Of a stretch of DNA of 64,000 bases, positions 47,301 through 59,940 are shown one piece after another. Source of the stretch: Antechinus flavipes. Its lineage: Eukaryota. Under the pieces are notes generated by a model. It was given only the letters and a program-made list of their open reading frames with translations. It had not been told where the DNA came from and did not search any database. The position numbers and the translations under genes are program-made. Location: the NCBI RefSeq assembly GCF_016432865.1, contig NC_067403.1:262756001-262820000 (forward strand), written 5' to 3'. Every line of letters starts with the position of its first letter. Position 1 is the first letter of the stretch.

Positions 47301-48529
47301 TCCCCAGCAGGGTGAGAGGGTTGGGGCAGAACTGAGGAAGGAGAACTTGGGGAAGGAGAGGGCATGTGGACTTCTGGGGAGGCAGGACGGTGTCCTCTGT
47401 GCCTTTAGGCCTTTCCCAACTCTGGCAGAGATTTGCTGAATCACCTTGGCCAAGGACCTTCCCCCGGCCTCAGTTTCCCCACCTCTAAAGTGAAGTCAGA
47501 CAAGAGGATCCCTGGGGGATATCCCACAAATGTCTTAGGCAATGGGCCCGGCTTTGCCTGTACCAGTGATTGTGTACTCTAAGGCTGTACTTGGGACCGG
47601 GGGAGGGGGGATTCTAGATTAGGACAGCTCACTTCCTGAAGACCTCCGAGCTTCCCTAGCACTGCCCAGATCAGGTTGGGAAGCGTTTGGAAGTCCTCCC
47701 GCTTTGCAGCCCAGATACCTTTGGCCCACCTAAGCTACTCTTCCCCCCTTTCTGAGCAGCCCCTCCCCCCAATCCATCCTGCCTCCATGCCAGCCTTCTC
47801 CACATTACATTAAAGCATCTTGTCCCCCATCCCAACCTCGCCCCCACCCTGCGGGCAGAACCTTGGAGGTCGATTTGTTTTGAAAAAACATTTATTTAGT
47901 ACCCACTATGTACCAAGTCCAGTATGGGATGCCAGGGATATAAGTCTGACCGGCCCTGTCTTCCGGAAGTTTAAGGGGAAGCACCGGTCTCCAGTGGAAC
48001 AGTGGCAAAGAAACGGGAGGGGCTGAAGGGCCTCAGTGAGAGGCGGAAGGTGGGGGGGGGGTCACAAAGTGGAATGTCACAGCTCCCAGAGTCCTCCCTG
48101 CCTTCTTCCAAGGCAGTGCAGCCGTGGCTGGACGGCTCCAGGGAAGGAGCAACTTCCTTCTACTGAGCCCCCCACTTTGCCTCCTGCAACTTGGTTCTGA
48201 CTTCACTCATGTAGGACAAGACCCCTCCCCCTGCCAAGTTTCTCTCCCTTAGCAATCTTGGAGATTGGGACTGTGGCCTCAGAGCTCGCCCCGCAAAGCC
48301 TTCTGGACAAGAAAGGCCTGTCCTGTCTTGACTTCCTCTAGGACAGTGAGCTCAGGGTCCGGGTAAAGTCAGGGCATAAGGGGGAGGGCACTTTCCTTCC
48401 TTTTGTTCTCTCCCCCTTCCCCCAGCTCCGACCACTGCCAGCTCCTCACTGTGACCTGGCTGAGGGCCCCAGATGGGCAGAGATGCTGGAGGGGTGTGTA
48501 GGTACCTGCGTGTGTGCATGTGATGCAGG

Positions 48530-49060
48530 CTTGTGCACAGTGTGAGTGTGAGTGTGTGTATGTATGTATGTGAGTGTGTATGTATGTATGAGTGGCTCTT
48601 GTGTGTGCCCGGGTGAGAAAGTATAAGAGTGTGTGAGTGTGTATGTATGTGTGTGTGTAAGTGTGAGTGTGTGTGAGAAAGTGTAAGAGTGTGTGAGTGT
48701 GTATGTGTGTGGGTGTAAGTGAGAAAGTGTAAGAGTGTGTACGTGTGTGTGTAAGTGTGAGTGTGTGTGAGAAAGTGTGTGTATGTATGTGTGTGNNNNN
48801 NNNNNNNNNNNNNNNNNNNNNNNNNNNNNNNNNNNNNNNNNNNNNNNNNNNNNNNNNNNNNNNNNNNNNNNNNNNNNNNNNNNNNNNNNNNNNNNNNNNN
48901 NNNNNNNNNNNNNNNNNNNNNNNNNNNNNNNNNNNNNNNNNNNNNNNNNNNNNNNNNNNNNNNNNNNNNNNNNNNNNNNNNNNNNNNNNNNNNNNNNNNN
49001 NNNNNNNNNNNNNNNNNNNNNNNNNNNNNAGAGTGCATGTGAGTATGAGTGAGGTGTGAG
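48530..49060. repeat. Compound (TG)n/TGAG/TATG microsatellite with internal N-run 48796-49029
   Basis: Read directly. Confidence 0.9.
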
Positions 49061-50970
49061 AGACCCTTCTGCTGCCGTGGGGGTTGCCGAGTCCGAATTG
49101 CGGCCGGGTCCCTCTCTGGTGCGTGACCCTGGCCCGGCCCAGCTGGGAGCCCCTTTCCCTGGGGTGAGGGTTGGACAGCTGGAAGCCCCTGCCCGGCTCT
49201 CCGTGGGGGCGGGGCTGAAGTGGCCAGCGGGGGCGGGGCTGGGGTAATCTGGAGCTTGCTAAAAAGTGGGTGTAGCTTATTATCCGATATATAAGCCTGG
49301 GGGCCGTTCATTGTCTGCCTTGGGCTGGGTGATTCTGGGCCCCCTGGAGGCGAGGGGCTCCTCCCTGCCCCGGCCCTCAGGGCCCCTCCAGAGATACCCT
49401 TTTTTCCTGCCCTTTCCTCCTGGGCGGCCGAGCCAGGCCCACCCCGCCTCTTGTGCTGAAAGGTGCAGGGGCTGAGAAAGGGGCACGCGCCCGCTGGGAA
49501 CCTGGAGTCTGTTCTCTTTGGCCCTTTGTTTGGGGTAGAAGCTGTGGCTTCACAGCCCCCGGTCTCTGGGCTCCTGCAGGGGCGAGGGAGGTATGAGAAC
49601 CAGAGAAGGCTTCTGATCCAGAGGCGCCCCCACCCTGCAGGGCTGGCGAGGAGGGGCTGGGGGGGAGTTCCGAGTGCTCTTGGGGGGGGCTCCGAGGGCT
49701 CTGGGGGGCTTCTGAGCGCTCCTGGAGCCCCCGGGTCTCTGGCAGGCTCAGGATTTCACAGTACTGTGTCCTGAGGAGCACCAAGAGCTGGGGCCAGGGC
49801 TGTTTTCCAGAAGGTGAAACTGAGGCTGGTCCCAGCCAGCAAACAGGAGGTCGGCTCTGCTCCCTCCTCCCCCCCCCCCCCCCATCCAGGACTGGCCCGG
49901 GTGGGACACGCTGGGGAGGCTGTCACCGCTGGACCAGGAAGCAGCTGAATGGGGGAAGGTCCGCGTGGGGTTGCGGGCCCTGGAATTCCGCAGGGACCTT
50001 TCCCGCACTCTGAGCCCCTCCGGCCTTAGCTCAGGCTTCCTTCTCTGCATCCCCGCCCCCTCCCCAGATCCCAGGGCCAGCTCAGGGGCTTCATCGTCAT
50101 CGGGGCCAGTCATGTTATTACAGGGAGTCCGAGGGGCCTCCTCCAGCCTCCACCTTAGTCTCGGAGTAGTCACCCCCAGGCTCGCTGACCACCAAGGTCT
50201 CTCCTTGTGTCGTCCTCCACCTGCCAGTAGAGCAGAAGCTTCGGGAGGTCAGGGACACCTCTTCCCCTTGGCTTTGTACACCCCGAGAGCGGCTCAAGGT
50301 GCTTGGTGCACCTAACGGCCGCCTGTGACACTGGGACGGCAGTCGGAGGATGGGGCAGTAGGGAGCCATGGAGCGCCCTGCAGCAGAGAAGAGGCTCCCA
50401 GAAACTTGGACATTTGCATCCTGTGTTGTATCCCAGCAGCTCCTCTAGTATGGCCTGGCAGGTGGATGGAGGGCCCCCCCTGCTCCCCCCCTGCTTCAGC
50501 TCCAAGATTTTCCCCTTTTGTGAGTCTCACTGGGTGCAGCCCCTGTGCTCCCGCGGGGCCTGGCGCCCGCTCTGTCTCCAGGGGGCAGAGCTTGTTCTCC
50601 ACTGGAGTCAGGCGGCAGAGGACCCGGCAGCGGTGCCGAGGTCTGAGCTGTCAGGGAGGCGGGGCCGGGCTCCGGGCCCCTCCCTCCCGCGGCCCCCACG
50701 GGGGCCATTGACAGAGGAGGCCCCAGAAATCAAGGCGCCCCCTGGAGGTGAGAGCTGCTGCCACGGTCCCTCGGGTCCCCACCTGGGAGCGTGAGGAAGC
50801 GCCAGGTCGGGGAGCGGCGCACGGGCCCCAGCACAGCCAGGACCAGAGGGCGGGTGGGGGGCCCCGGGGGCCCCACCCCCAAGGGATCTCCAGCCGGCTC
50901 CTGGAGGAGTCCGCCCGGCAGCCGGAGGCGGAAAGCTGGACGTTTGAGGCACGTGGAAGGGGCCGGGAGG

Positions 50971-51160
50971 GAGGCTGCAGCAATGGGGGGTGGGAGCCCA
51001 CAATAAGGGGGGGAGGCTGTGGCAATGGGAGGGAGGGAGCCCACAATAAGGGGGGGGAAGGCTGTGGCAATGGCGGGGAGGGAGGCCGCAACATGGGGGG
51101 GAGGCTGTGGCAATGGGAGGGAGGGAGCCCACAATAATGGGGGGGAGGCTGTGGCAGTGT
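50971..51160. repeat. G-rich minisatellite, about 44-bp unit (GGCTGTGGCAATGGGAGGGAGGGAGCCCACAATAAGGGGGG), about 4.5 copies
   Basis: The core recurs at about 50973, 51014, 51060, 51103 and 51147. Confidence 0.8.
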
Positions 51161-54100
51161 CGGGGAGCTGGGACTGGGCTGGTGGCTGTGGGAGGGAGCC
51201 AGATGAGAGAGCGCTGCCTAGAAGCCCCATGTGTGGGGGCCGGGAAGGGGCGGGAGAAGCTGAGACGCCCCCTGCCTCCTGCCGCCTGGGGGAGGGCCGG
51301 AGCTGAGGAGAGTTGTCTCTGGTCTCCCACCTGGAGCTGTCCAGCAGGAGGGCTGGGGGAGGGGACGCGGGCTGGCAAAGGCTCCCTTTTGGGGGGGCTG
51401 CCAGTGACCCCCCCACCTCGAGGCCCCCTCCCGCTGTCACCAGGAGGCCTCTGCCACAGCTGTTGCCGTGACTGCTGCTGTTGCTATGGCAACCGCAGAG
51501 GTGCTAACTTGCTAATGAGTCCCCTTGGGCCACAAATAACAATAATATCCTGGTTAATGGGCCCAGGGAAGGTTCCTGGACTCCGCTGGAGGCAAGGAGG
51601 GAGCCGGGGCAATGGGGGAGACGGGCTTGGGATCAGGATGCCCAGTGACCCTGGAGCCCTCTTCATTTTACAGAAGAGCTGACTGGGGGGGGGGGGGGTA
51701 GGGGAAGGGGAGCTTTCTTGGGAGTCACAAAGGCCGAATTCAAATCCAGACCCTGTGGGGGGGCGAGAGCAGGAGAGTGCTGGAGCTCAGCTCCACCTGC
51801 CCACGTGGGCACTCCTTAGTGTGCTGCCACCATCATGGAAGTTTCAGGGCCCGGAGCAGGTTCTCGGGGAGAAGAGAAGCCCCGGGGAGTCCCCGGCAGA
51901 GGTTCTCTAGTCAAACCCCAGAAGTGCTGCTGACTCATAGGAACTCCCGTGGAATTCTACAGCAATTCCAGGTTTCCCAGAAGGGGCAGCGGGTGCAGGA
52001 GAGCAGGGCGGGGAGGGCCCACTGCCCCTGTCCTGGGGGCGAGGCGGGCAGACATTCTCTCACAATTTGTTCTGTGGAAATGGATGAGAAAGCAGGAGGG
52101 AAGAGTGGCCCACGAAAGGGATTCCCTGCGGCCCAGGGTGCAGAAGCGGCCGGGGGGGGGGGGGGTTCGGGGGAGTGCAGCCGGCTGTGGAATAAGCTTG
52201 GCAAGACCAGCGGATGTGAGACTGGGAGGGGCTTTACAGGGGGGCCGGTAGGGAACCAGTTTAGTTTGAGCTGGAGGGTGATCTGCTCTGCAGCTGAGCT
52301 GTGGGAAGACCTTTGGGGCAGCTGTGAAGGATGCAGGGAGCCAAGAAGGGGCAGGAGTCCAGGGAAAGTGGGACCCAGGGCCTGACTGCGCAGGAAGGGC
52401 TGCAGCAGGGGAGGGGCAGGGGGTGGTCGGGCCGCTGGGCTCAGGAAGGCTGAAGCCATTGGCCGGCTCCTGAGGAGCAGCCCCAGCTTGGGCGCCTCGG
52501 GTGGAGAGGAGGCCTCTGGGAGCTGGAGTGAATGGGGCAGGGTGCTGACGGACTTGTGTTGTTTTGTTTGTTTTTATTTTTTTCTCTAACGAGGCTCTAT
52601 TCTACCTTTTCCCTCAGTTCCCCCCCACCCCCCCCAAGCTCCTTTTGCCTCTCCTTGTAAGCCCTAGGGTTTGTCACGGTGCCTGGCACACTGTAGGTGC
52701 TTAATAAATGTTTATCTATTGATTGACTTCTCCAGAGTCACCAGACTCGACTAGGAGGTGTCAAAGCTGGATTTGAACTCGGGGCTCCCGGTCTCCCTCT
52801 GCCTCCCCTTCCGCTGTCCTCTTTTACAGGGTCAGGCCCATGTCTTGGCTCTTTCTGGGCCCTTTCTTCCCCTCCAAAATGAGAGGATTGAATGCATGAT
52901 TCTGAGCCCGTCCAGCTCGTCCCTCTGGTCACCCGGGGTCACTCGGGAGGGCAGGACGAGTCTTGTGGTAGTGAGCTCCCCGTCACCGTGAGTGCTCCCA
53001 CAGATAGCCTCTGTGGACTCCCTGGCCTTGCCCCGATTCCTCTGTGCCCTCCGCTCCGCCCTCGGAGGAGAGGAGCTTTCTTTTTGCCTCCAACCTCATG
53101 GGCCTCCATTTCCTCATCTGTAAAGTAGGCATAAGAATAGCACCTTCATCGTGGGATTGTTGGGGAGCAGGCAGAGATGGGAGGTGGTGCTCCTTTCGAG
53201 GCAGTGCCGTGCAGTGGGTAGAGCCAGACTTGCTGTGAGGAAGACTTGGCCCTAACCCTAACCCTAAATTTGCCTTGCCATCCTCCAAGCCACCCAGGCT
53301 GCCTCAGTTCAAGGGCAAAGCTTCTGTCTGGATAAAAGCCCCCCTCCCCTGCTTTCTCCACCCCCAGACATGATCTAAGAGGTGGCTTGAGTTCAGACCT
53401 GGCCTAAGACATGCCTTTGAGAAGGCTCTCAACTGTTGCCTGCCTCAGTTTCCTCAGTTGCAAAATGGGAATGTGAGAGCACTTCCTCTGCGGGTGGCTG
53501 GGAGCACCCGGTAATCTGGTAAACTTAACCCGTGCTTGGCGCACGGTGGGCACCCGCTAAATGCACACTATTGTGAGCTTGTGGAGGCGAGAGCCGGAAA
53601 GTCCCTGAGGGGTCATCTGTCTTCCAGTGGGAGGCCCCTCACCTCTACCTTGGCTGTGCTCCATCCCTAATGTGCTCTCCCCATCACTTCTTCCCTAGCA
53701 GTGCCCCCCCCCCACGCCTCTACACTGGCAGTCCTCCCCTCCTCCCCACTTCTACACTGGCTCCATCCCTGCAGTGCTCCCCCTCCTCATCGTGTTTGCA
53801 GGTGACACAGGGCTCTGCTTTGAAGGAACTGCCCTGGGAGTTCCCAGCATGCTCCCTGCGAGCCCGCATCACGTGGTGGGCGGCCCCGCTGCGGCCCTGT
53901 CGCGACATTCCCGCCGCCTTTCTGCACTCCCGGCCCATTATCCCTCGCTCCCGGGAAGGAAACAGGCAGAGAGCATGGGAGGGGCGGCCTCCACCACACC
54001 AGGGCCTCCAAACCAAACCTAACTCCTAGCCCCGCCGCAGCGCGCGCTCTCTGGCCATCTCCCCACTTTCCGGAGGGAGTGACCCAGGCTCCAGGGCAGT

Positions 54101-55149
54101 AGCGGGGCCTGGGCCACAGCCAGGCCGCCCGCCCGCTCGCTGCCCCGCCCCCCTTGTCTGCACTGGCTCAGTTCCCTTCTCGAACCTTTATGCTCCTTGG
54201 GGCTCCTCCTCCTGCCCTGGCCCCCCTCCCCACCTCGAATAGCTGGACATCGGAGGGATGGGTGTGAGAAAGCCCTGAGAGAGACACACAGAAGGGGAGG
54301 GGGGGCAGCTCAAGAGCTGGACCCTATGTGGCGGGAGAGCCTGGCCACGAGCTCCAGAGCCGGCTGACTCCCCTCATGTGCTCTGGCCGGCGGGGTGGGC
54401 TGCAGGGGCGTGGGGATTGGGCTGTGGGGAGGAGGGGGAGAAAGATTGGGGGATGGGCTCTGCCTCCCAGAGGGAGGGGCCCCAGGCCCACCACTCCCCC
54501 AGATTTGAGGAGGAGCCCCCCCTCCCGCCGGCGCCCCGGGCAGTGCCCGCCAGCCTTGTCTGCTGGGAGGCTGAGCATCTGCCCCTGAGCGTCAGGCGGG
54601 GGATTAGAGATTTGTGCTAATGCCCAGCCTGCCGCCCCAGGAAGATTACGCGTTGCATTAACAGCCGACCCCAGGGGGATCTTGGGAGTCAAAAGCGGGA
54701 GGGGGGGGGCAGCTTGCCCTCATTTCCTGTCCCCACCTCGGGGTTTAAGGCAAGAGAGCTCGGCTCATCACCAGGCCGGGTGGGCTTGGGCTCCTCCAGC
54801 TCTCTGCCGACGGTCGGCGCCATCAGACCAGGCTCTGCGCCGTGGTGGCCTTCTTTCCCGGCCTGGGGCTCGGGGAGCCTCCCGGAGGTGGGCAGCCGCT
54901 GGAGCGCCCGGTGGTCTCCTCTCGGCGCCCCTCACCCATCTCCCCTTGCGCCCCCCCAGTCTCCCCTCTCCCCGGTCTCTCCTCACACCCGTCTCCCCTC
55001 GCCCCCCTTCCCTCATGACCCGTGGCCGGCGAAGAGCGCCCCCCGGGGGCCGGCCGCTGACGGCGCCCTCTCTTCCCTCTCCGCAGGTCCGGCACCATGC
55101 GCGGGCGCCCTGGCCTCTAGCCGCCCCTCGCCCACGCCCCCGCGGCAGC

Positions 55150-55380
55150 ATGGCTGGGGACCGGCTCCCTCGGAAAGTCATGGACGCCAAGAAGCTGGCC
55201 AGCCTCCTGCGGCGGGGGGCCGGGGGGCCCCTGGTCATCGACAGCCGCTCCTTCGTGGAGTACAACAGCGGTCACGTGCTCAGCTCCGTGAACATCTGCT
55301 GCTCCAAGCTGGTGAAGCGGAGGCTGCAGCAGGACAAGGTGTCCATCGCCGAGCTCATCCAGCCCGCGTCCAGGATGAAG
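55150..55380 (+). CDS. DUSP8: DUSP8 coding exon 1 (exon starts 55087; rhodanese/KIM domain)
   Basis: MAGDRLPRKVMDAKKLASLLRRGAGGPLVIDSRSFVEYNS...; 231 nt; acceptor CGCAG|G at 55086 and donor AAG|GT. Confidence 0.97.
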
Positions 55381-56652
55381 GTGGGGGGGCGGGGCTGGGG
55401 GCGGGGCTGGGATGGGGAGACTGAGGGGAGGGGGCTGAGGAGACCGAGGCCTGGAGGGGCCTCCCTGGGCCCAGGGCGGTGTGATAGATCCTTAGCCTGG
55501 GGGCCTCCCTGCCTCTCAGGGTTGGCTGGGGCCAGCCTGGCTGCGTTTTCCCTCCGCCTTCCGGCTGGGTCACTGAGGGACCTTGGGCTTGTGGCTTGGT
55601 CTCAGCTTGGGCCCTTTGCCCCCTGCCCTCCCCGTGCCCTAATTTCCATCCTTCCGGAGGCCAGCACGCTGGTGTGCCGGGTGCTCTGGTTGCCCTGTGC
55701 CCCCCCCCCTCCGCCGTCGAGGTCACCCCTCCCTCGGGAAGGGCCGTCCCTGGCTGCAGAACAAGAGCCTGGGGACGGGCCTCTCTCATGCAAAGCCGGG
55801 AGGGGGGCTGGTAGATGCTGAAGAAGGGCGCCCCTCTCCCCTCCCCCCCACCCCCCAAGCTTGAGCCCTGCCCGGGCCTCTTGGAGTCAGCCCAGAGCTC
55901 CCGGAGTCCTCCGTCCCCCCTCCCTTTTCTGCGTGGACTGGGATAGCCCACGGGCTTGGGGTAGCCTCTGCTAGACAGGGACGCTGAGGGGGCGGGAATG
56001 GAGTCCCAGTGATTGATTGGGGGTAGGGGGGCCCAGGAGCTTGCTGAACCCGGGCGGCCATGATGGGAAAGCGAGCTCAAAAAAGGAAGAGCCCATTCCC
56101 CATCCCCGCCAGCTGGGGCCATCTGCCACCTCCCCCCAGCCCATGCGATGAGCTGTGATTGGCTGCCGGTGACCTCACCCTGAGGACTGGCCTGGGGGGC
56201 ACCTGGGGCCCTCCCCCTCCCTCTGCCTTCAGCTGGCAAAAGAGAGAATTCAGCTCATCGCCTGGCCTGGTGGGCGTGGGATCCATGGGAGCAACCGCTG
56301 CCCCTTCCTCTTCCCATCACAGAGCCCCTGCCCCAGGAGCCGGCCGGCCTCCATCCTGGCCGGCAGCCGGGCGATCCGTGGGCGCACACGTGCTTGTGCC
56401 CGCGGACGGATCTGCGTGTGCTTGGTCCGGAAGGAGGGGGGCCTTTGGGCAGAAGAGGGAAGGGCCAGATGGTAGGACCGGGGCCGGCTTCAGTCCCCAG
56501 GGCCCGAGTTGGCTCCCCCGGCCCGTGCGTGGGGGCCAGGCTTCGGCCCCCCGGCCCACGTCGGCTCCCCCGGCCTGCATCGGCTCCCCCGGCCCGGCCC
56601 GTGTCTCCAGGAGGCGGCGCTGGCCCGGCCCTGACTGCAGCCTGTCCCCCAG

Positions 56653-56791
56653 GTGGAGGCCGAGGAGAGGCAGGACGTGGTGGTGTACGACCAGAGCACC
56701 CGGGACGCCAGCGTCCTGGCGGCCGACAGCTTCCTGTCCATCCTGCTCAGCAAGCTGGACGGCTGCTTCCACAGCGTCTCCATCCTCACAG
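56653..56791 (+). CDS. DUSP8: DUSP8 coding exon 2
   Basis: VEAEERQDVVVYDQSTRDASVLAADSFLSILLSKLDGCFHSVSILT; 139 nt; AG/GT boundaries. Confidence 0.97.
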
Positions 56792-58554
56792 GTAGGACGG
56801 CCGGGAGGGCGGCTCGTGCGGCTGCCCAGTGCGCTCGGGGAGGGGCCGAGACCCCCCCTCCCCCCAGAGCTGGGCCCTCCCCTTCCCGCGGAGGCCTGGG
56901 GGAATCTCAGAGAGCCCTCTTGTCCCTTCCCTCCCCGAGTGTCCTCCTCACAGCACAGCCTCTCCCCCTCCCCCCCAGGATGGCCCCTGCGGAGCCCCTT
57001 GCCCTTTGGGAAGCCAGGGAGGAGCTGGGCCCGGCTCTGCTGGCGGGGGGGGGTGGGGGGGGGAAGGGGAGAGGAGGGGCGCGCCGCCATCCTGTCGGTC
57101 CACAGATGGATTTTCATTCGTTCTCAGTGGACGAGAACTTTTCTCCCCAGAGAAAGGAGCAGAGGATGGCTGCAGCCGGTCTCCACACCCGCCAGCCAGG
57201 CTTGCTGTGCCCAGTGTCCGGGGCCCCCCGGGGCCCTCTTGGCTCTGGCCGGCCCTCGGCCCCGGTCTCTGCGCCGGCCTCTCTGAGGCTCCCGGCTCTG
57301 ACGTAGTCCCCTCGTTGGCTGCCGTGGCCTCCCCTGGGGAAGGGCCGTGGGCGCCCGTGGGCCACGCCAGGAGGCCGGGCTTTGGGCTCACCTGCATTTT
57401 GTTGTGCATGTTGAAACTAGGGGTGTGTGTGTGTGTGTGGGGGTATCAGCCCAGCTGATGCTCTTGTCGTCCCCCAATGAAAAGCACCCAGCACTGGGCC
57501 GGGGTCAGGGACTGGGCCTCTGGCCGGTCCTGGAAGGGCTCAGACCAAGGCCTCGGTGTGGCATTTGAGACCCCACCCCCACCCCCGCTGCTTCTCCCAT
57601 TTCCTACGGTCAGAGCAGATGAGTCTCTGGGGGAGAGCTCGGTTTCTGGTGCTTCCTCAGTCTCCTGGGCTGTTCCTCCCTGAGCCCGTGGCCGGTGGTG
57701 GCTCGCCTCCTTGTGGCCTGGGGCCGTAATGGTGGCTCACCAGCACCCTGGCCTCTCAGGGCCGCTGTGGCGCTCGGGGGTGGGGAGGGTGGGGGGTGCC
57801 GGTCAGGGCAGGCGGGCCTGCTTCTGCAGAACAGGGAACCGTGGCCCAGAGTGGGCTGCAGGCCGTCGCCCCCGCGTCCCTTTCTCAGCTCTGGCTGTGT
57901 CAGGGGCTCCTGCCATTGTATCCCAAGCTTGTGGCCGGGCCTTGTTAGGCCCGAGGGCCTTAATGCTGACTGGACCTGACCAAGGCCCCTTGGGGAGGTC
58001 ATTCCCACGCTGCCTCTTTCCCTGGAAAGGCGGAGATGCCGGAGCCTGCGCGCCCTCCCTGGGGCCCTCAGTTGCTCCCAGGCCTGGGTGTGGGGCCAGG
58101 TGACCCTCTGCTGGGGGTCAGTTGCAGACAATGACGTCATTCCCAGGGGCCCTCTGAGCTGCTGCTCTCCTGGGCACCTGATGAGGGTCAGGGCCCCGAG
58201 GTGGGCAGCGTGAGCCGGCTCGGAGGGGAGGAGGCCCGTGCAAGCAGAAGGGGGCAGCGGGAGGGCCCTCTCCCTGCTCCCCTCCCCTGGCCCCCTAGTG
58301 CCCGCAGGACTGGCGGCGCTTCCTCCCGTCTGCTTCCGCTTGGCTGGGCGTCGCTCCTCAGCGTGCCGTGGCCCCTAATTAGCCGGTGGTTTGTGGGTGG
58401 GGAGCCCTATAAATCTGAGCTGGGACAGGCTCTGGGAGGGGGGCGGGAGGCTTCTGGAGACTCCGGGACCCGAGGGGGAGGGGGGACGGCCGCCCGCAGC
58501 AGGGCAGCTGCCCATCGCCCGGCCCCGCCGACCACTGGCCCCTTCCGCCCACAG

Positions 58555-58721
58555 GGGGCTTCGCTGCCTTCTCCTCCTGTTTCCCCGGCCTCTGTGAGGG
58601 CAAACCGGCGGCCAGCCTGCCCATGAGCCTGTCCCAGCCCTGCCTGCCCGTGGCCAGCGTCGCCCTGACCCGCATCCTTCCTCACCTCTACCTGGGCTCC
58701 CAGAAGGACGTCCTTAACCAG
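58555..58721 (+). CDS. DUSP8: DUSP8 coding exon 3
   Basis: GGFAAFSSCFPGLCEGKP...TRILPHLYLGSQKDVLNQ; 167 nt; AG/GT boundaries. Confidence 0.97.
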
Positions 58722-59010
58722 GTGGGTGTGGGCCTTGCCCGGCGGGGGCGGCCTCCTTCCTGCTCACTGTGAGTCAGAGTGATAATTGCGGGGTCTCCGG
58801 ACAACCCTGGGAGAGGGCACTGTTGTTATCCCACTTCCCAGATGAGGAACTGAGGCAGAGGGAGCCGCCCAGAGTGGCGCGGCTGTTAGGGCTCAGAGGC
58901 TTGAGTCCTTCCCCCAGGGGCCTCTGTGACCCGGCAGGGTAGGAGGGGGACAGTGCAGGGGTAGGGGGGACGGCCCCGGACCCCCCCCCCCCACCGAGCC
59001 CAGACCTCGG

Positions 59011-59186
59011 CTTTGCTAAGACCCGCCTCCTCCCCGCCCCTTTGCTAAGGCCCGCCTCCTCCCCGCCCCTTTGCTAAAGCCCGCCTCCTCCCCGCCCCTT
59101 TGCTAAGGCCCACCTCCTCCCCACCCCTTTGCTAAGGCACGCCTCCTCCCCGCCCCTTTGCTAAGACCCGCCTCCTCCCCGCCCCC
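59011..59186. repeat. 29-bp intronic minisatellite CTTTGCTAAG(A/G)CCCGCCTCCTCCCCGCCC x6
   Basis: Read directly; period 29. Confidence 0.92.
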
Positions 59187-59412
59187 CAGCAAGGTGGCGG
59201 GCTTGAGGGCCAAAGCACCGAGGGCAGGTGGTCCCAGTGCTCTGGGGCCCAGGGGGAGGAAGGGGGGGCCCTTCCTTGGAGTTCCATCCACCCCCGTGGG
59301 CCTCCCTGCACGGGCCCGGCCCTGTCGCAGCCAGGAACCTCGGTTTGCTCCTCTGGAAGTCAGAGGGCCCCGCGGTCCCTGGCGCCCCCTCAGCCCGAGC
59401 TCTGCTCCACAG

Positions 59413-59572
59413 GACCTGATGACCCGCAACGGGATAAGCTACGTCCTCAACGCCAGCAACTCGTGCCCCAAGCCGGACTTCATCTGCGAGAGCCGCTTCA
59501 TGCGCATCCCCGTCAACGACAGCTACTGCGAGAAGCTGCTGCCCTGGCTCGACAAGTCCATCGAGTTCATTG
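59413..59572 (+). CDS. DUSP8: DUSP8 coding exon 4
   Basis: DLMTRNGISYVLNASNSCPKPDFICESRFMRIPVNDSYCEKLLPWLDKSIEFI; 160 nt. Confidence 0.97.
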
Positions 59573-59589
59573 GTGAGGGGCAGGGGCGG

Positions 59590-59745
59590 CCTGGTGGGCA
59601 GGGGGAGGGTGAGAGGTCGGGGCCTGGCCGGGCAGGGGGAGGGTGAGAGGTCGGGGCCTGGCCGGGCAGGGGGAGGGTGAGAGGTCGGGGCCTGGCCGGG
59701 CAGGGGGAGGGTGAGAGGTCGGGGCCTGGTGGGCAGGGGGAGGCA
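59590..59745. repeat. 34-bp intronic minisatellite GGCAGGGGGAGGGTGAGAGGTCGGGGCCTGGCCG, about 4.3 copies
   Basis: Read directly; period 34. Confidence 0.9.
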
Positions 59746-59816
59746 GGGAGGCCCCGGGACTCCCCCATAGCAGGGCCGTTCCCAGCACGATGACCCCCGT
59801 CCCCTGCCGCCCCCAG

Positions 59817-59940
59817 ACAAGGCCAAGCTGTCCAGCTGCCAGGTGATCGTGCACTGCCTGGCCGGCATCTCCCGCTCGGCCACCATCGCCATCGCGTACA
59901 TCATGAAGACCATGGGCATGTCCTCGGACGACGCCTATAG
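59817..59940 (+). CDS. DUSP8: DUSP8 coding exon 5 (catalytic loop VHCLAGISRS)
   Basis: DKAKLSSCQVIVHCLAGISRSATIAIAYIMKTMGMSSDDAYR; 124 nt; intact HCX5R motif. Confidence 0.97.

Larger units (their letters stand above)
182..49029. other. Nine N-runs: 182-366, 9789-9926, 10212-10442, 18435-18620, 20168-20298, 20617-20791, 27937-28132, 36925-37081, 48796-49029
   Basis: Read directly; most sit in microsatellites or KRTAP5 repeats. Confidence 0.99.

Noticed and set aside
53250-53267. (CCCTAA)3 telomere-like tract
   Set aside because: Only three units; too short to support an interstitial telomere or fusion site.
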